Shown here piece after piece: positions 61,140-64,000 of a stretch of DNA of 64,000 nucleotides. Made by a program: the position numbers and the translations under genes. Position 1 is the first letter of the stretch. Every line of letters begins with the position of its first letter. Source of the stretch: Candidatus Krumholzibacteriia bacterium (lineage in GTDB: Bacteria > Krumholzibacteriota > Krumholzibacteriia > LZORAL124-64-63); the NCBI GenBank assembly GCA_050174015.1, contig JBFXKG010000007.1:32001-96000 (forward strand), written 5' to 3'. Under the pieces are notes generated by a model. That model was not told the origin of the DNA, searched no databases, and saw only the letters and a program-made list of their open reading frames with translations.

Positions 61140-62347
61140 CCGGCGCCAGAGGACCTGCCGGCCGGTTCCTGCGGCCCGCGTTCCTGTGGGCGGTGGCAGG
61201 ATGCCTGATCGTGGCGGCGGCCGCGGCCGGCGATGGGCCGGACCAGGTGCAGTCCGCCATCGACCAGAACAGCGCCAAGCTGGCCGAGCTGCGGGCGAAG
61301 ATCGAACGGAGCCGCAAGCAGATCGCCGCCCTGGACGACCGTGAGGCCGAGGTTCGTCGCGGCTACGAGGAGATCCTGCAGGAGATCGAACTGTCCGGGA
61401 CCCTCCTGTCCCAGATGGCCGAGCGCGAGCGCACCCTCGTGGAGCAGTCCCAGCTGCTGGAGTCCGACCTCTCGGTCAGCCGCCGGGCCTACGAATCCCG
61501 CAAGGAGATCCTGGCCCGCAACCTCCGGTCCATGTACCTGCGCCAGGATCGCAGCCCCCTCGAGGGGATGCTCACCGCGGGCAGCTTCTCCAACCTGGTC
61601 GCGAGGGCGCGCATGAGCCGGATGCTGGCCCGCCTCGAGGCCTCGATGGTGGAGTCCACCCTCGAGCAGGCCCGCCTGATCATCGAGGAGAACAAGCAGC
61701 TGGACTCGGCCCTGGCCGAGATCCACCGCTCGCGCGAGGACATGGCCCTGGAGAACGGCCGGATGGAGATGCTGATGGCCGAGCAGCAGGCCGCCCTGCG
61801 GGAACTGGACGACGAACGCAAGGACCTCAGGAACAGCCTGCTGGAGCTGAACCTCAACGAGCAGAAGCTCAACTACATCCTGGCGGATCTGGAGGAGCAG
61901 CGGACCACCGTGCCCGCGGTTCCGGTTCCCGAGGGGACCGAACTGGTCGGGTTGACGGGCAACCTCGAATGGCCGGCCCGGGGCCAGGTCATCCGGAGCT
62001 TCGGACGATCGGTCCATCCCCGGTACCAGACCGTGACCATGAACAACGGCATCAACATCGCCGGGCAGGTGGGCGCCCCGGTGGCGGCCGTGGCCGCCGG
62101 CAACGTGGAATTCTGTGACCAGTTGCCCGGGTTCGGCCGATGCGTTATCCTTGACCACGGCGCAGGGTACTACACCCTGTACGCGTATCTGGATCGCGCC
62201 TTCGTGGCCCCCGGCGCCGCCGTGGCCCGCGGCCAGGTCATCGCCGAGGTGGGACGGCCCGCGCAGGGCGAAGAGCCGCAGCTCTACTTCGAGGTCCGCC
62301 AGGGCCGGACGCCCCTGGATCCGGGGGACTGGCTGCGGCCCCGCTGA
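61136..62347 (+). CDS. envC: Murein hydrolase activator EnvC-like (coiled coil + M23 domain)
   Basis: Long coiled coil, then WPARG...NNGINI...ILDHG.GY.TLYAYL...LYFEVR; catalytic HxH is replaced, as in EnvC; follows ftsEX. Confidence 0.85.
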   Translation: MTGARGPAGRFLRPAFLWAVAGCLIVAAAAAGDGPDQVQSAIDQNSAKLAELRAKIERSRKQIAALDDREAEVRRGYEEILQEIELSGTLLSQMAERERTLVEQSQLLESDLSVSRRAYESRKEILARNLRSMYLRQDRSPLEGMLTAGSFSNLVARARMSRMLARLEASMVESTLEQARLIIEENKQLDSALAEIHRSREDMALENGRMEMLMAEQQAALRELDDERKDLRNSLLELNLNEQKLNYILADLEEQRTTVPAVPVPEGTELVGLTGNLEWPARGQVIRSFGRSVHPRYQTVTMNNGINIAGQVGAPVAAVAAGNVEFCDQLPGFGRCVILDHGAGYYTLYAYLDRAFVAPGAAVARGQVIAEVGRPAQGEEPQLYFEVRQGRTPLDPGDWLRPR

Positions 62348-62414
62348 TCCCGGCGAACCCGGCGTCCGCGATCCCAGTCGAGGCGCGCCTGGACCGCCTC
62401 CCGGGAGCAGGATC

Positions 62415-63692
62415 TTGGCACTGGACTTCTTTCCCCACCGCCCCGAACTGCTGGCCAGGCTCGAGCGCATCCGTGCGGTCGGGCGCCTGGGCCAGCCCCT
62501 GCTGCTGGTGGGGCCCGAGGGCGCCGGCAAGGAGACCACCGCGCTGGAGTTCGCCCGCCGGCTGAACTGCGTCGCCCCGGACGCGTGCTCGGCGGCCGCC
62601 CCCTGCGAGAGCTGCGCCAAGGCCGCCACCTTCCAGCATCCGGACATCAGGTGGATCGGGCCCGCACCGGCCAATTTCGACGAATCCCGCGCGGCCGAAC
62701 TGCTGGCCGCGAAGGTCCGCAACCCCTTCTTCCAGCCGCATTACGCCTCCACCGCGAACGTCAGCATCGGCGACCAGGAGAACCCCGGGCCCATGGCGGT
62801 GCGGTCGCTGATCCAGTTCCTGCAGCGCCGGGCCTTCCAGGGCAGGGTCAAGGTGGCCGTGGTGGCCGACAGCCAGCGCCTGAACGCCGCGGCGGGCAAC
62901 GCCTTCCTCAAGACCCTCGAGGAACCGCCGGCCGATGCGATCATCCTCCTGCTGGCCACCGAGACCCAGGGCATGCTGCCGACCATCCTCAGCCGTTGCC
63001 AGGAGATCCAGGTGCACCCGTGGCCGCCGGACCGGCTGGCCGCCCTGCTGGGCGACCTGACCGGCTGCGCTCCCCGGGAGGCCGAGGACGCCGCCCGCGT
63101 GGCCGACGGCAACGCACGCAGGGCCATGGCCCTGTTGCAGGACATCTCCCCGGTGGTGCGCGAGGTGGCCGTGACCTGGGGCCGCTGGATCCTCGAAGGG
63201 AAGCGGGGCAGCGCGGCCATCCTGGCCGACCAGATGCACCGGGGGGCGCCGCCGCACTTCCTGAGTCCGGCCCAGGCCGCGGTCTGGAAGCAGCACGGCA
63301 AGGAGGGCGGGGGACGCCGCGCGGCCGACGACGATGGCGGCGAAAGCGAAGGCGGGGGCGGTGGCCGGGAGGCGGCCTCGGGCTCGGCCGTGCGCCGGGA
63401 CCTGGCCAATCAGCTATGCGAATGGCTGGTCCTGCTCTACAGTGAGATCCTCAGGTGCCGCGAATGGGCCGGGCGGTGGGAATGCCGCCTGCCCGGGGCG
63501 GAGGACTTCATCAGGGCGGCCGCGGTCGCCCGCACCACCGAATCCCTGCTGGCGGACGTCGCCTTGATCGAGTCCGCCCGCGAAGACATAGACCGGAACC
63601 TCAACATCGGGCTGCTGCTCGCGGTGCTCGGTGAAGGACTGATAGATCATGCCGAGAAGGACCAGACCCGAGTCCGGGCCGCCCGATCCTAG
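62415..63692 (+). CDS. holB: DNA polymerase III subunit delta'
   Basis: LLVGPEGAGK, LNC...C....CESC, HPD, AGNAFLKTLEEPP, LPTILSRCQ; TTG start at 62415 inferred. Confidence 0.88.
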   Translation: MALDFFPHRPELLARLERIRAVGRLGQPLLLVGPEGAGKETTALEFARRLNCVAPDACSAAAPCESCAKAATFQHPDIRWIGPAPANFDESRAAELLAAKVRNPFFQPHYASTANVSIGDQENPGPMAVRSLIQFLQRRAFQGRVKVAVVADSQRLNAAAGNAFLKTLEEPPADAIILLLATETQGMLPTILSRCQEIQVHPWPPDRLAALLGDLTGCAPREAEDAARVADGNARRAMALLQDISPVVREVAVTWGRWILEGKRGSAAILADQMHRGAPPHFLSPAQAAVWKQHGKEGGGRRAADDDGGESEGGGGGREAASGSAVRRDLANQLCEWLVLLYSEILRCREWAGRWECRLPGAEDFIRAAAVARTTESLLADVALIESAREDIDRNLNIGLLLAVLGEGLIDHAEKDQTRVRAARS

Positions 63693-64000
63693 CCTGCGCC
63701 TGAGGCCCAGACGCGAACCTCCCCGTGAGATCCCCGAGGGCGTGGACCTGGTGATGGTCCGGTTCAAGGGCAACCGCAAGGCCTGCTACCACAACCGGCG
63801 CGGGATCGAGCTCCAGGTCGGGCAGTACTGCATCGTGGAGGCCGACCGGGGACGGGACCTGGGCCGGGTGACCTACGTCGGTCCGGGCAAGCCGGAGTGG
63901 TGGGCCGCCGCCCAGGACCAGGGCGTGCTGCAGGCGGCCGGTGCGGCCGACCTGGCGCGCATGCACGAGAACCGCGGGGACGAGTGGGGCTTCTACGACA
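63649..64000 (+). CDS. PSP1/RicT (YaaT-like) protein, 3'-truncated by window edge
   Basis: VRFKGNRK..Y.N......VGQYCIVEADRGRDLGRV; conserved position after holB; absent from the ORF track because it has no stop in the window. Confidence 0.85.
   Translation, partial: MPRRTRPESGPPDPSLRLRPRREPPREIPEGVDLVMVRFKGNRKACYHNRRGIELQVGQYCIVEADRGRDLGRVTYVGPGKPEWWAAAQDQGVLQAAGAADLARMHENRGDEWGFYD

Overview
High-GC bacterial chromosomal window with about 47 protein-coding genes. I found no rRNA, tRNA, CRISPR array or transposase. Several cues suggest an FCB-superphylum candidate lineage such as Krumholzibacteriota/Latescibacterota: a PorV/FadL-like barrel, the mfd-PPIase-SurA gene order, sdhCAB with a cytochrome b subunit, and secreted proteins ending in SWxxLKATxR. 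This taxonomic placement is inference only. The content points to an anaerobic peptide/amino-acid fermenter: HypD glycyl-radical hydroxyproline dehydratase with its activase, sdh/frdCAB, pta-ackA, a GGDD-type (probably PPi-dependent) PFK and nifU-nifS. Housekeeping genes include cca, mfd, surA, ftsEX-envC, holB and PSP1. The most notable unexplained signals are: (1) two unrelated secreted proteins share a short C-terminal motif (S-W-x-x-L-K-A-T-[YF]-R-stop), a candidate export/sorting signal; (2) a co-oriented cluster of three paralogous secreted beta-propellers, an MFP, two RND permeases and a PorV/FadL-like barrel, with no TolC; (3) a composite palindromic element at 57422-57838 with an identical 36-nt core and different but self-complementary arms, starting right after the stop codons of two convergent genes, plus a 3x68-bp tandem duplication; (4) a ~290-nt multi-hairpin leader upstream of an RRM RNA-binding protein gene. 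All calls come from reading motifs by eye; no searches were run.
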